From: a bacterium
GTDB lineage: Bacteria > Babelota > Babeliae > Babelales > GCA-2401785
Assembly: GCA_023249975.1 (NCBI GenBank)
Contig: JAHFBP010000008.1
Coordinates: 6,011-70,010 of the forward strand
Reading direction: 5' to 3'
Length of the DNA stretch: 64,000 nucleotides
The notes beneath the pieces were generated by a model, which made no database searches, was not told the origin of the DNA, and saw nothing but the letters and a program-made list of their open reading frames with translations. Both the position numbers and the translations under genes were made by a program. This document shows, piece by piece, positions 30,634-42,704 of this stretch (position 1 is the stretch's first letter; each line of letters opens with the position of its first letter).

Positions 30634-30868
30634 CCTCGCCCCTTATTCTTATTAATTTTGATCTAATTGCGGAGTTGTTTAAGTAGATATACAACTGAAC
30701 ACCCAAAAAACCAAAGAATTTCGTGATTTTCTTCATAATATGGCTGCCTGTTGAGCCGAATTGAAAATTGCTTTATAATTTGAGTCATGAAGACTCAAGA
30801 TTGTACTTCGCAAAGTTGTGTCAAAGCAGGCCCTGTCAGACTTTAAAATTTATGAGACCGTAATAATT

Positions 30869-31999
30869 ATGAGTAAAAGAGATTACTATGAAATTCTGGG
30901 AGTTGAACGTTCAGCCTCAGCCGATGAAATAAAAAAAGCCTACCGAAAAATGGCGATTAAATATCATCCCGACAAAAATCCGGACGACAAAGCCTCTGAA
31001 GAAAAATTTAAAGAAGCTGCTCAGGCCTACGAAATTTTGTCCGATGAATCCAAAAAACGCCAATACGATCAATTTGGTCATGCGGGTGTTGATGGACAAT
31101 CAGGTGGGCATGCTCACAATATGGACGATATTTTTGAAAATTTTGGCGATATATTCAGCAACATGTTCACCGGAGGCGGACACGGTCGCCAACGCACACG
31201 CACAGGCCCCATTCCTCAAGATGGGCATGACTTAACCCAAGAATTGACCACCTCATTTCAAGAATCATATCTTGGCTGCAAGAAAGAGATCGGGGTGTAT
31301 CGCTACCGAACATGTGTAACGTGTGATGGCAACGGATGCGCAAAAGGCTCCAAGCCAACATCATGTACTCCATGCGGCGGAACGGGGCAACGCGCAGTCA
31401 GACAAGGCTTTTTCTCATTTGCTCAACCTTGTGGACAATGTAATGGCCAAGGTTTTGTTATCCCAAAACCATGTACTGACTGCAAAGGCCAATCTCGCAT
31501 TCAAAAATACGAACGACTGACCGTAACGGTTCCTGCTGGAGTTTATGACGGCGCACAACTGAAACTCAATGGCAAAGGTGATGACGGTGTATTTGGTGGG
31601 CACTCAGGAGATTTGTACCTGAAAGTTATCGTTCAAGCCCATTCCAGCTTTACCCGTGAAAACAATAATCTGATTGCTCCACTCGTTTTGACCTACCCAC
31701 AATTGGTATTTGGGTGCCAAATCGAACTTGAAATCATTGATGGCAGCAAAGTTTCCATCAAAATTCCACAAGGCTGCCCTGTTGGCAAAGCAATAAAAAC
31801 AGCTGCCAAAGGATTTCCAGCTCTTTCAACGGGACACCGCGGTGACTTTGTGGTTATCACGCAATGCGATATCCCACGAAAACTTGAAGACGATGCCAAA
31901 AAGGACCTTTTAGCCTATTCTCAAAAACTGGGCGACACCGCATCCAAGGATGAGGGCGGACTAGTGGGACTTTTTAAGCGTTTTTTGGGCGGATATTAG
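30869..31999 (+). CDS. dnaJ: Chaperone DnaJ
   Basis: [15 protein letters not shown] motif, four CxxCxGx(G) zinc-finger repeats. Confidence 0.96.
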   Translation: MSKRDYYEILGVERSASADEIKKAYRKMAIKYHPDKNPDDKASEEKFKEAAQAYEILSDESKKRQYDQFGHAGVDGQSGGHAHNMDDIFENFGDIFSNMFTGGGHGRQRTRTGPIPQDGHDLTQELTTSFQESYLGCKKEIGVYRYRTCVTCDGNGCAKGSKPTSCTPCGGTGQRAVRQGFFSFAQPCGQCNGQGFVIPKPCTDCKGQSRIQKYERLTVTVPAGVYDGAQLKLNGKGDDGVFGGHSGDLYLKVIVQAHSSFTRENNNLIAPLVLTYPQLVFGCQIELEIIDGSKVSIKIPQGCPVGKAIKTAAKGFPALSTGHRGDFVVITQCDIPRKLEDDAKKDLLAYSQKLGDTASKDEGGLVGLFKRFLGGY

Positions 32000-32040
32000 G
32001 GCGATCTTGATCTCGACCTAGAATTATAACTTTTTTAATT

Positions 32041-32081
32041 TTAATATTCACCTACATTCTCTGAGTGTGGGTGAATATTAA
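32041..32081. repeat. Internally deleted family A element (ends only)
   Basis: ttaatattcacctacattctctgagtg-tgggtgaatattaa reproduces both termini of the 9921-10088 copy. Confidence 0.65.
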
Positions 32082-32205
32082 ACTGATATAATACTTTCAA
32101 TAATCAGATCATAGTTTTTGCCACCCTACTCTGAGTATCATGAATCATAAAACGACAACCCTCTAAATGATACCTATCAAGGTCATTTGAAGATGGAGGT
32201 TTTTC

Positions 32206-33345
32206 ATGAATCACAGATGCCATGTTAAACATTTTTTTATAATAGTGATTTCACTTGGCGCCACACTCCCCGTGATATTTGGCATGATGCCTCTTCTCAA
32301 AGGTAGTAGAGATATCGGTTCAACCGTTATTCGAGTTCCGCACAATGGCTCACAGGTCGCTCCAAGTCATGTAGTTTACCATGCTGCACAACAACGCAAA
32401 ATTCAAGAATTATCGAAAACCACCGACCAGGAAATACAATTTGATATCAAAAAAAAATTTGAAACCAACCCCAGTGTCCCTGGACCTAAAAAGAAATTTT
32501 TAAGCACACAAATTATTAAAAAAACACTCAGCGCCCTCGCCCTATTCTGCACCACGGGTGATGCCAGCATAGAAAGCAAAGGCCTAGAAATTCTTCAAGA
32601 TAAACTTGTTGACCTTATGTTTGACGAAAATGACCCAGACAAAGCTGAATGGAAAGAGGCTAACAAACAATTGACCAAACCAATAAGAATGATGGCCAGC
32701 TCCCTTGTCACCCTTGGAGCTAGATCAATTATTTCTAGTTTTATTAAGGATCATCATACAAAATATTTGAATATTTTATTACCAGAAGAAGGCTTTGGTC
32801 TTTCCAAAGATCCATTTGCGGTTCGCCTTCTCACAGCCGGAAGTAACAGGAAAAAAGGGAGTCCACCTACAAAAATTATCGACTATTGTATCGACACCAT
32901 CAAAATGGGAAACTACACCGTAAAAATTGCCACATCAATCACGAAGTTACAGGCCATTGCAAAAGGTGAAAAGTACGATCAAGAATCTACTCTCACTCAA
33001 GTGAAAAAAATTGTTGAAAATATGTCCTCAGCCGTATGTGGCATTATACGCGTTGCCTCTCCAGAAAATTATAAAGATCTTGCAGCCTACAAAAAGCTCA
33101 GCAAAGTCGAAGATTTCCTCAGTACACAAAAAATGGCTATCCTTACTGCACTACTGGATGGCGCACTGACAAGTGTTCACTACAAAGATATTGACCCTCT
33201 CAAGTCAACTTCAAAAAGCGTACTGGTTGCATCACTTCAAACGCTTGCCAAAACCGCAACAAAAAACAATACCCCAACATTCTTGAAAATAATTTTAGCT
33301 GGAGTTGCCGAAGTTGCTTCTGTTGCAGTTCTCAGCCAGCCCTGA
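32206..33345 (+). CDS. Hypothetical protein with N-terminal hydrophobic segment
   Basis: 379-aa ORF, GGAGG RBS. Confidence 0.65.
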   Translation: MNHRCHVKHFFIIVISLGATLPVIFGMMPLLKGSRDIGSTVIRVPHNGSQVAPSHVVYHAAQQRKIQELSKTTDQEIQFDIKKKFETNPSVPGPKKKFLSTQIIKKTLSALALFCTTGDASIESKGLEILQDKLVDLMFDENDPDKAEWKEANKQLTKPIRMMASSLVTLGARSIISSFIKDHHTKYLNILLPEEGFGLSKDPFAVRLLTAGSNRKKGSPPTKIIDYCIDTIKMGNYTVKIATSITKLQAIAKGEKYDQESTLTQVKKIVENMSSAVCGIIRVASPENYKDLAAYKKLSKVEDFLSTQKMAILTALLDGALTSVHYKDIDPLKSTSKSVLVASLQTLAKTATKNNTPTFLKIILAGVAEVASVAVLSQP

Positions 33346-33760
33346 ACCCAAGATAGAAACCGATAAGTGCTGAAATGGTAGAAGCAACGTGCACCTTTGC
33401 CCACTCAAAACTTGATTTCAAAATTTCTTGCACTTGAGCTGTTGGCAAAGCTTCAACTCCAAATGATTGATTAACTAATGCCCAATCAATGGTAACCAGT
33501 CCACGCAGCTCGAGCCAACGCACACTCAAAATAACGCAGACAGTTCCGAATAAAACAAGTTTGAAGTATTTTTTGATAATAAAACCAGCGATTATTCCGA
33601 CTCCAAACAACACGGTGGCGGCACTGATTTCATCAATGCTGATCCCCGCATGCTCAAATGATTCTTCCAAATTCAAAGCGACTAATCGATTTTTTACCCA
33701 TTCCGTCGCAGAATCAAACCACATCATGGCCGAACCTTTCCAAATTCTGATCAATATCAT
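33332..33760 (-). CDS. FUN14-like membrane protein
   Basis: GIIAGFIIKKYFKLVLF...L...GLVTIDW and C-terminal GFYLGF pattern. Confidence 0.7.
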   Translation of the reverse strand: MILIRIWKGSAMMWFDSATEWVKNRLVALNLEESFEHAGISIDEISAATVLFGVGIIAGFIIKKYFKLVLFGTVCVILSVRWLELRGLVTIDWALVNQSFGVEALPTAQVQEILKSSFEWAKVHVASTISALIGFYLGFRAG

Positions 33761-33880
33761 GACAACCTCTATTCTTGATGATTTAAACTTAACATATCGC
33801 TAAATTTAAAGGGAACAAAGAAGGGGAAAGAAAACCTTCCCCCTCTTGAAACTTGAAAAAATTAATGGGACACAGTGCAG

Positions 33881-36538
33881 TTAGCTCGTGCGGCCAACAC
33901 GAATGCGCACCATATCATCAGCTGTGCTGTATTTTTTTGCCAATGCATTCATCTCGTCGATAGTCAGCGCTTTAATCTTCTCAATCGCATTTTGATAATA
34001 ATCAAATGGCAGGTTAAGAACGGCAAGGCCACCAAACATTGATGAGCGATTTGAAACACTCGAAATCAAATCTATGAACTTTTTGTACTGCATTTGTTGT
34101 GCAGCAACAATTTCATCTTCCATCAGGCCATTTTGTGGCAGCTCATTGAGCATTTGACGAATGAACTTTTCAGCTTGCTCAAAAGTTTCTGGGCTGAGCA
34201 ACGCATACACATAATCATGCCCAGCTTCTTTGCCAGCACCTGCGGCAAATCCACCGGTTGCGGTGTAAAAAAGACCCGTTCTTTCACGAAGTTCAAAAAG
34301 ACGTGAACCTAATGAATAAAACACAATCAAATTCAACATGCACAATGGAATGTAATCTTGGTGACTCACATCAACATCGGAAGGCCGTGCAAGCAACAAA
34401 CATGCCTGATCACGCAACATATTTTCATCAACATTGTGCTGTGGATCAAATTGAGCTTTGCCCTTGAGCATCGGCTGGTAAGTCCCTTGGCCTTGCCATG
34501 TTTCAGTTGACGACCTGATCAACTCGTCCATTTGAGCCACATCAAACGATCCGGCAATACTCAAGACCATATTTTCTGGGCACACATATTTTGCATGCAA
34601 TTTATTCAGTGCAGCAACGTCAATCGCATTGACGGCCTTAATAGCATCATCATATGACCACTCGTACGCTGTACCTTTGTAAACCAGATTTTTCATAGCT
34701 CGAGATGCTACTTCACGCGGTGAATCTTTGGCACGCGCAAGAGAGGCAACAAACATTTTCTTAAGTTTATCAAGCTCAGAAGCACCAAACTCTGGCTTGG
34801 TCAACACCAAGAAGAATCGGCCAAGAACTTTTGACACATCGGCATTGAGCATAGAAAGCCCCGCCCCACTGTAATCAAATGTAAAATGAGCGCCGTAATT
34901 GTCAAAGAAATTAACGTTATCTTCTTTGTCGTGGCCCTCACTGCCTTCAATCAGCATTTCCATCATCAAAAGAACCAATTGTCCCTCGAGTGCTCCACTG
35001 AAAAATGCATTGTCGCGGAATAAACAATCAATGCTCATCAAGGGCAATGCATCCATTTTGTGGAGCACCACCTCAAGTCCGTTATCCAAGGTAAAATGTT
35101 TGGTCGGTTGAGGAAATGCAAAGGAAAGTGGCTCAGGTTCAGGCATAGTCAATGCAAAGCGAGGATCTTCGTTAGGCGCTGTGCGTTGATGATGTTCCAA
35201 AATTGAAGCTTCGAGCTTTTTTGAATCATTCATCGCCTGTTGCCACAATGCTTTTTTATTTTTTGGCAACTTAAGCAAATCAATCTGATTAACCATAAAT
35301 GGATCAAGATTGACCGCCATATATTCTTGCAGATCAGATGATTTCAGATCATAAAATTTGTTAACGCGTGTGAACAAAGCTGTTTCGTGACCCGTTGCAA
35401 AAAATGAATAGATCCATGCAGAAACAAAGCTGCCAAGATCTTCAAGTTCATGAAAAAATCCAGAAACTTGGCTGATCTGCATACGGCCCATTTCAGCCTC
35501 AGAAAATCCATCGTTAATTGCTTTGTTAATTTCATCAATCACCACTTCTCGGCATTTTTGATTCATGCCAGGTTTTGGATCGACAAAAATGAACATCAAT
35601 CCATCTTCCATCATGATATCAGGAAGCACTCGAACGGTGTCGGCAATCATTTCTTCATCAATCAAACGACGAGACAACCTACTGCCTTCTCCACCGCCGA
35701 GCATATAAGCCACAGCTTCAACCACGGCTTCATTAGATTTCTTAAGTCCTGGAATACGCCAATACAAACCAATTTTTTCTTGTGAAACATCTTCAAAAAT
35801 GCTGCTGTGATGCGTTGTCAAATCGGGAGTATATTCGGGGAACGGTGCTTGAATTGCCTCGGTACCCGTTGGAATGTGAACAAATTCAGCAGTCGCTTTT
35901 GCAATGGCATCATCAATATCAATGTCACCGACAATGAAAAGTGTTGCATGCCGAGGTTGATAATATTTTTCATAAAACGTCTTGAGGCGCGCACCACTGA
36001 TCCCGGCAAGATCTTCCTTGTAGCCAATAATCGGGTGATGATATGGGTGATTAGGTGGAAACACGATTTCAGAAACTTTTTCGAGCATTCTGCGCCAGTA
36101 GGTATCGCGGTACATATTCAATTCTTGAATCACTGCTTTGACTTCTGAAGCCAAATGCTGGTCATCAAAACGTGCATTTTGCATACAGTCGGAAAGTATC
36201 GGCAAAAAATGTTCCCAGTTATTTTTATCAACTTCAAAATAATAACTGGTTACATCATTGGAAGTGAATGCATTGAATGAGGCGCCATATTTGCGTGAAA
36301 TTGCGTCAATGTCACCTTCAGAAAGCTTTTCAGTTCCCTTGAAGATCATATGCTCAAGCAAGTGAGCAAGCCCCAACTCGCCTTGATTTTCAACAGCTGA
36401 TCCAATGTCATAAGCAATCTGAACCAAAACTTTGGGTACGCTGTCAGTCTTGTAGGCAATAATATTCATGCCATTGGCAAGTGTTTTACGCTTAAAATCA
36501 CCATGCGGGACGTCAAAATGTACTCGTGTGTGCGTCAC
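33881..36538 (-). CDS. M16 family zinc metallopeptidase (no signal peptide)
   Basis: GLAHLLEHMIFKGT (HxxEH), NAFTS, SRLFELRERTGLFY. Confidence 0.93.
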   Translation of the reverse strand: MTHTRVHFDVPHGDFKRKTLANGMNIIAYKTDSVPKVLVQIAYDIGSAVENQGELGLAHLLEHMIFKGTEKLSEGDIDAISRKYGASFNAFTSNDVTSYYFEVDKNNWEHFLPILSDCMQNARFDDQHLASEVKAVIQELNMYRDTYWRRMLEKVSEIVFPPNHPYHHPIIGYKEDLAGISGARLKTFYEKYYQPRHATLFIVGDIDIDDAIAKATAEFVHIPTGTEAIQAPFPEYTPDLTTHHSSIFEDVSQEKIGLYWRIPGLKKSNEAVVEAVAYMLGGGEGSRLSRRLIDEEMIADTVRVLPDIMMEDGLMFIFVDPKPGMNQKCREVVIDEINKAINDGFSEAEMGRMQISQVSGFFHELEDLGSFVSAWIYSFFATGHETALFTRVNKFYDLKSSDLQEYMAVNLDPFMVNQIDLLKLPKNKKALWQQAMNDSKKLEASILEHHQRTAPNEDPRFALTMPEPEPLSFAFPQPTKHFTLDNGLEVVLHKMDALPLMSIDCLFRDNAFFSGALEGQLVLLMMEMLIEGSEGHDKEDNVNFFDNYGAHFTFDYSGAGLSMLNADVSKVLGRFFLVLTKPEFGASELDKLKKMFVASLARAKDSPREVASRAMKNLVYKGTAYEWSYDDAIKAVNAIDVAALNKLHAKYVCPENMVLSIAGSFDVAQMDELIRSSTETWQGQGTYQPMLKGKAQFDPQHNVDENMLRDQACLLLARPSDVDVSHQDYIPLCMLNLIVFYSLGSRLFELRERTGLFYTATGGFAAGAGKEAGHDYVYALLSPETFEQAEKFIRQMLNELPQNGLMEDEIVAAQQMQYKKFIDLISSVSNRSSMFGGLAVLNLPFDYYQNAIEKIKALTIDEMNALAKKYSTADDMVRIRVGRTS

Positions 36539-36684
36539 AACTGTAACCCTTTTATAAATTCAAAATCCAATACTTAATATTCAGGAATTATAACAATCTT
36601 CTTGGATTTCTGCACGATGATATCAAGATTGAGAGTCAGTGTTAATACCAACTCCCAAATACTTATACTGCAAACTCTCGTAAA

Positions 36685-39456
36685 TTAACTCACGCGCCCC
36701 ACACGGACACGAACCATATCTTGTGCAGAACTATATTTTTGCCCCAAGATACTTAAGTCATCACTCGTCAGAGCTTTGACCTGTTCGATTGCATTTTGAT
36801 AATAATCAAACGGAAGACCGAGCACACACAAACCACCAAACATAGCTGATCGATTAGAAACACTTGAGACCATATCTATAAAATACTTATATCTCATTTG
36901 TTGAGCTGATTTAAGTTCGTCGTTCGTCACCCCCTCTTGTGCCAAGGTATCAAACATTTGACGCAAAAATGTTTCGGCCTGTTCAAATGTTTCAGGACTG
37001 AGCAAAACGGCCACATAATCATAACCAGGCTCTTTGCTTGCACCAGAGGTAAATGCGCCACCAGCTCGGTAAAACAAACCTGTTCTATCGCGAAGTTCAT
37101 ACAAACGGGAACCCAGCGAATAAAAAGTAATTAAATTAAGAACACTCAATGGTTCGTAATCTTCATGATGCACATCAACAACAGAAGGTTTTCCCAGCAT
37201 CAAAAATGCCTGATCGCGCAACATCTTTATATCAACATTGCGTGATGAATCAAATTGAGCTTTGCCGCGTAACAATGGAACATAAGCCCCCTGGCCTTTC
37301 CACGATTGCGTGGCTGATTTAATCAAAGATTCCATGTGGTCAAGATCGAATGCACCTGCAATACTCAAAACCATATTTTCGGGACGCACATATTTCTCGT
37401 GCAATTTTTTCAATAGAGAAACATCAGCATCATTGATAAATTTGATTGCATCATCAAATGTCCAGGCATAGGTCGTTCCCGCATACACTTCATTTTTCAA
37501 CACACGCGATGCCACATCGCTAGGTGAATCTTGTGCGCGCTCAAAAGCAGCAACTGACATTTTCTTAAGCTTATCAAGCGCAGCAGAATCAAAGTCTGGT
37601 TTAGTCAGCACATGGAAAAAACGATTAATGGTTTTGAGAACATCGGCATTGAGCATGGAAAGTCTTGCCCCACTGCCTCCATAATTATAATTGGCTCCAT
37701 AATTTTCAAAGAAACTCACATTATCGTGTTTCTTGTATCCCTCACTGCCCTCAATCAGCATGTCCATCATCAATGCAACCAATTGCCCATCACGCGATCC
37801 ACCAAAATACGCTCCATCACGGAATGAACAATTAATGGTCACAAGTGGCAACGCATCAATTTTATGCAATACCACCTCAAGTCCATTATCCAAAGTAAAA
37901 TGTTTGGTCGGTTGTGGAAATTCAAATGAAAGTGGTTCAGGTTCGGGCATAGTCAGTGCAAATCGGGGCTCTTCATTAGGGACCGTGCGTTTGTGATGTT
38001 CCAAAATAGTGGCTTCAAGTTTTTTTGAATCATTCATCGCCTGCTGCCATAAGCCCTTTTTGCTTTCTGGCAGTTTAAGTAGATCAATTTGACTGACCAT
38101 AAATGGATCAAGATTCTTCAGCACATAATCTTGAATGTTAGCTGAAGTTACCGCATATAATTTATCAACATATTTGAACAAATCAGCTTCATCCCTCGTT
38201 GCAAAGAATGAATAAATCCACGTTGTTGTAAAATTACTTAAGCTTTCAAGTTTATAGAAAAAGTCAGAAACTTGACTGATCTGCATCCGGCCCATTTCTT
38301 CTTCAGAAAATCCATCTTTAATCACTTTGCCAAGCTCTTCGATCACTAACTCTCTGCATTTTTGATTCATGCCTGGTTTTGGATCGACAAACACAAAGAT
38401 GATGCCATCTTCCATCATAAGGTCAGGAAGCACCTGAACAGTGTTGGCAACTTTTTCTTCATCAATCAAACGTCGATATAGTCGGCTACCTTCACTGCCA
38501 CCCAAAAGATACGCTATTGCATCAACCAAGGCATCATTGGTGTGCTTGAGGCCTGGAACGCGCCAATAAAGACCTATCTTTTCTTGTGAAATTTCTTCAT
38601 AAATACTCGTGTAATTTGTCGTCAAATCTGGAGTATATTCGGGGAATGGGGCTTGCATTGCCTCATCTCCTTCTGGAATATCCGCAAATTCAACTTCAGC
38701 CTTGGCAATCGCATCATCAAGATCAATATCACCTACAATGAACAAAGTGGCGTGCCGAGGTTGATAATATTTTTTGTAAAAAACCTTCAGCCGCGCACCA
38801 TTCATTTCGGCAAGATCTTCTTTGTAACCAATAACTGGATGATGGTACGGATGATTTGGGGGGAAAATAAATTCAGATACTTTTTCGAGCATTCTGCGCC
38901 AATAAATATCCTTGTACATATTCAATTCTTGAATCACCGCTTTAACTTCAGAATTCAAGTGCTGATCATCAAATCGAGCATTTTGCATGCAATCGGAAAG
39001 TATCGGCAAAAAATGATGCCAGTTATTTTTATCAACTTCAAAGTGGTAACTTGTCACATCATTGGTCGTAAATGCATTAAATGATGCACTATATTTACGT
39101 GCAATAACGTCAATGTCGGCTTCAGAAAGTTTATCGGTTCCCTTGAAAATCATATGTTCTAACAAATGCGCAAGGCCTAATTCACCTTGGTTTTCTACCG
39201 CTGACCCAATGTCGTACGCAATTTGAACAAGTACTTTGGGCACACGATCAGTTTTGAACGCAATAATATTCATGCCGTTGTCGAGTGTTTTACGCTTAAA
39301 ATCTCCGCTCGGAACGTCAAATTTAACTCGTGTATGCGCATTCTGCGCAATACCGATATTTTTAAATCCAAAAAATCCAATATATATCGCAATAACGGCT
39401 ATTGTGACCGCTACCACAGCTATCATTGATCGCTTAAAGGTTTGAACTAATTCCAC
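36685..39456 (-). CDS. M16 family zinc metallopeptidase with N-terminal membrane anchor/signal
   Basis: Same motifs as the neighbour plus a hydrophobic IAVVAVTIAVIAIYIGFFG extension. Confidence 0.93.
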   Translation of the reverse strand: MELVQTFKRSMIAVVAVTIAVIAIYIGFFGFKNIGIAQNAHTRVKFDVPSGDFKRKTLDNGMNIIAFKTDRVPKVLVQIAYDIGSAVENQGELGLAHLLEHMIFKGTDKLSEADIDVIARKYSASFNAFTTNDVTSYHFEVDKNNWHHFLPILSDCMQNARFDDQHLNSEVKAVIQELNMYKDIYWRRMLEKVSEFIFPPNHPYHHPVIGYKEDLAEMNGARLKVFYKKYYQPRHATLFIVGDIDLDDAIAKAEVEFADIPEGDEAMQAPFPEYTPDLTTNYTSIYEEISQEKIGLYWRVPGLKHTNDALVDAIAYLLGGSEGSRLYRRLIDEEKVANTVQVLPDLMMEDGIIFVFVDPKPGMNQKCRELVIEELGKVIKDGFSEEEMGRMQISQVSDFFYKLESLSNFTTTWIYSFFATRDEADLFKYVDKLYAVTSANIQDYVLKNLDPFMVSQIDLLKLPESKKGLWQQAMNDSKKLEATILEHHKRTVPNEEPRFALTMPEPEPLSFEFPQPTKHFTLDNGLEVVLHKIDALPLVTINCSFRDGAYFGGSRDGQLVALMMDMLIEGSEGYKKHDNVSFFENYGANYNYGGSGARLSMLNADVLKTINRFFHVLTKPDFDSAALDKLKKMSVAAFERAQDSPSDVASRVLKNEVYAGTTYAWTFDDAIKFINDADVSLLKKLHEKYVRPENMVLSIAGAFDLDHMESLIKSATQSWKGQGAYVPLLRGKAQFDSSRNVDIKMLRDQAFLMLGKPSVVDVHHEDYEPLSVLNLITFYSLGSRLYELRDRTGLFYRAGGAFTSGASKEPGYDYVAVLLSPETFEQAETFLRQMFDTLAQEGVTNDELKSAQQMRYKYFIDMVSSVSNRSAMFGGLCVLGLPFDYYQNAIEQVKALTSDDLSILGQKYSSAQDMVRVRVGRVS

Positions 39457-39847
39457 AATGTTCCTCTTACAAATTTATATAAACCCATAATTTGTTTAGG
39501 CTATCCAAATAGAACCGATACGTCCAACAAACAGATTCCTCATCTGTTTGTTTGTAGCTTTTCTTTTTCGTATTAAATAATCAGCAAAAAGTTACGGAAC
39601 TATTTCTCTTTTTTCAAATAAAACAAAAATAATATCTGGCCCCTCAGAATTACTCAAAAATCAGTCTGATCTTTTGACCAGGAGGGGGTCTCCTCCATTA
39701 ACACTGAAAAGCCCCACGAAAGAAAAGCATCGTAAAAACCACACGTATTCCAAGAAAACTTTCCAAGAAATTGCACTTAAGTCAAAATTCTGCTATTATT
39801 TCAAATAGAAAAGCTGCGCTGGTTTTGCTAAAAAATTAAGGGGTTAT

Positions 39848-41074
39848 ATGTTGTTTATTAATGAATTCAAGTCAAAAACAAAGTTTTTAATATTGGCTTT
39901 ATCGTTATTTTGCGTAAATCAATCAATTTTTGCTGGTTTTTTAAATTGCGATACTCAAGACGAATTTGAACGAAAGTTAAAATTCACTTCTTCTTATACA
40001 GAGGTAAAAAGTTCTGATGCATTGGCTATAAACACCCAGGAAGATGATAAACGATCAAATATCTTTCTTAGCCACTCAACTAAAAAGCTTTATGATCCTT
40101 TTTTTCTGAAACAATTCCCACAAGCAAGAGCTGCGATTGAAAAAAACATGAGCATTGTTAGGAACAACCAGGATCATTATAAACTTCGCATGCGAGATGA
40201 AGCTATTGCCCATGAGAGACTCACGACGGCTAGAAAATTTGCCAGTAAGCTCGCAGAGAGCCGCGTACCCTCCGATGAAGCACTAGATCAAATAAAAGAT
40301 CATTTATATAATGCGCGAGAAGCCATACGAAAGCAGAGGCGGGAAGAAAGACGTCAGAGGGGAGAGCCGATGAAGGATGAAAGATACCAAGCTCCACCCA
40401 TTCCTGATAAAGTGTCCAGTGATTTTAAAATGTATTATATACCAGAAGACGAAGCTGAAACTGCAGCCACAAGTACAACTAGTTATTCTTCGGGTCGCAC
40501 AAAACAACAAAATGATATGATTGTCGCTATAAACAATGGGGACATTACCTATATTCAAGAGCATTTGAATGACTTTACCCCAAATGAGACTATTCCACTA
40601 CGAGAAGGCGATAAAACATTGCGAGAAATTGCCGAGTATAATTATCTAAATGCTGGGGATCATAGAACTTATGCTCCAATTTTCGATTTAGTTTGTAGCT
40701 GGGAAGAAGGTATTATTGCAGAAGAAGAACGGTTGGCTGCCGCTGCTCAAGCGCAACGTGCTGTTGCTCATCGAAACGTAGAATTAATTAATAAAATAAA
40801 CCAAGGCCTTCGTTCAGAGAAACGACGTGGAAATCCTCCTTTTTTTGCTATGAATCCAAATGATACGAATTTTACTTTGCTTGATGATCGTAGACTAGAT
40901 AAAAGCAAGAAGGAATTTTCGATTAATTCGGCAGAGCTCAAATCAAATGGTATTTTGGAGTTTGTCATTTTAGTTGCAGGCGATTATTATTGTGTAACAA
41001 CTCCCTATGAAACTGGTACAACGCCGGTTGGAAAATCTTTTTTTAATCGTGTTTTTTTAAATAGATCAAATTAA
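39848..41074 (+). CDS. Hypothetical exported protein
   Basis: Signal peptide FLILALSLFCVNQSIFA; one ankyrin-like fragment (AINNGDITYIQEHL). Confidence 0.65.
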   Translation: MLFINEFKSKTKFLILALSLFCVNQSIFAGFLNCDTQDEFERKLKFTSSYTEVKSSDALAINTQEDDKRSNIFLSHSTKKLYDPFFLKQFPQARAAIEKNMSIVRNNQDHYKLRMRDEAIAHERLTTARKFASKLAESRVPSDEALDQIKDHLYNAREAIRKQRREERRQRGEPMKDERYQAPPIPDKVSSDFKMYYIPEDEAETAATSTTSYSSGRTKQQNDMIVAINNGDITYIQEHLNDFTPNETIPLREGDKTLREIAEYNYLNAGDHRTYAPIFDLVCSWEEGIIAEEERLAAAAQAQRAVAHRNVELINKINQGLRSEKRRGNPPFFAMNPNDTNFTLLDDRRLDKSKKEFSINSAELKSNGILEFVILVAGDYYCVTTPYETGTTPVGKSFFNRVFLNRSN

Positions 41075-41084
41075 AATTACTTAG

Positions 41085-41115
41085 AAAAAAGGCCCTCAAC
41101 ATTGAGGGCCTTTTT
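41085..41115. terminator. Bidirectional intrinsic terminator
   Basis: aaaaaaggccctcaa-ca-ttgagggccttttt. Confidence 0.88.
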
Positions 41116-41137
41116 CATTTTCAATATTCAAATAATG

Positions 41138-41200
41138 TCAGTTCATGCGGCCAACGCGAATGCGAACCATATTGTCGGCAGAGCTATACTTTTCGACCAA
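41138..41200 (-). pseudogene. 3' remnant of a third M16 peptidase copy
   Basis: Minus strand reads EKYSSADNMVRIRVGRMN*, compare KKYSTADDMVRIRVGRTS* and QKYSSAQDMVRVRVGRVS*. Confidence 0.8.
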
Positions 41201-41327
41201 AAACTACGCAAAACATGTTTGATTTTCAAGCAAAACACCATCAAAAGATCCTTCGTTCAACCAAGACATCGATACAATAACAGACCCTAATCGGATTACT
41301 GCAACATTATTGAGCCCCAATAGGCTC

Positions 41328-42579
<1,252 letters not shown>

Positions 42580-42622
42580 GAATCGCTCCCTTGTTTTTAA
42601 ACATAGTTTCATCACCCGCAAC

Positions 42623-42704
42623 AGATTGCTACGCAAAATCAGCCAGTTCATGTATTCTTCCAATATGTGCTTAAGGCGCCGCGATTATCAATACATGGAG
42701 TTTT
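42623..42704 (+). promoter_or_regulatory. Conserved upstream block also found before 45852 (45763-45840) and before 18612 (minus strand, 18689-18615)
   Basis: gctacgcaa...gcc...tgtattct...tatgYgct...cgcc...ttaYcaata in all three. Confidence 0.65.
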
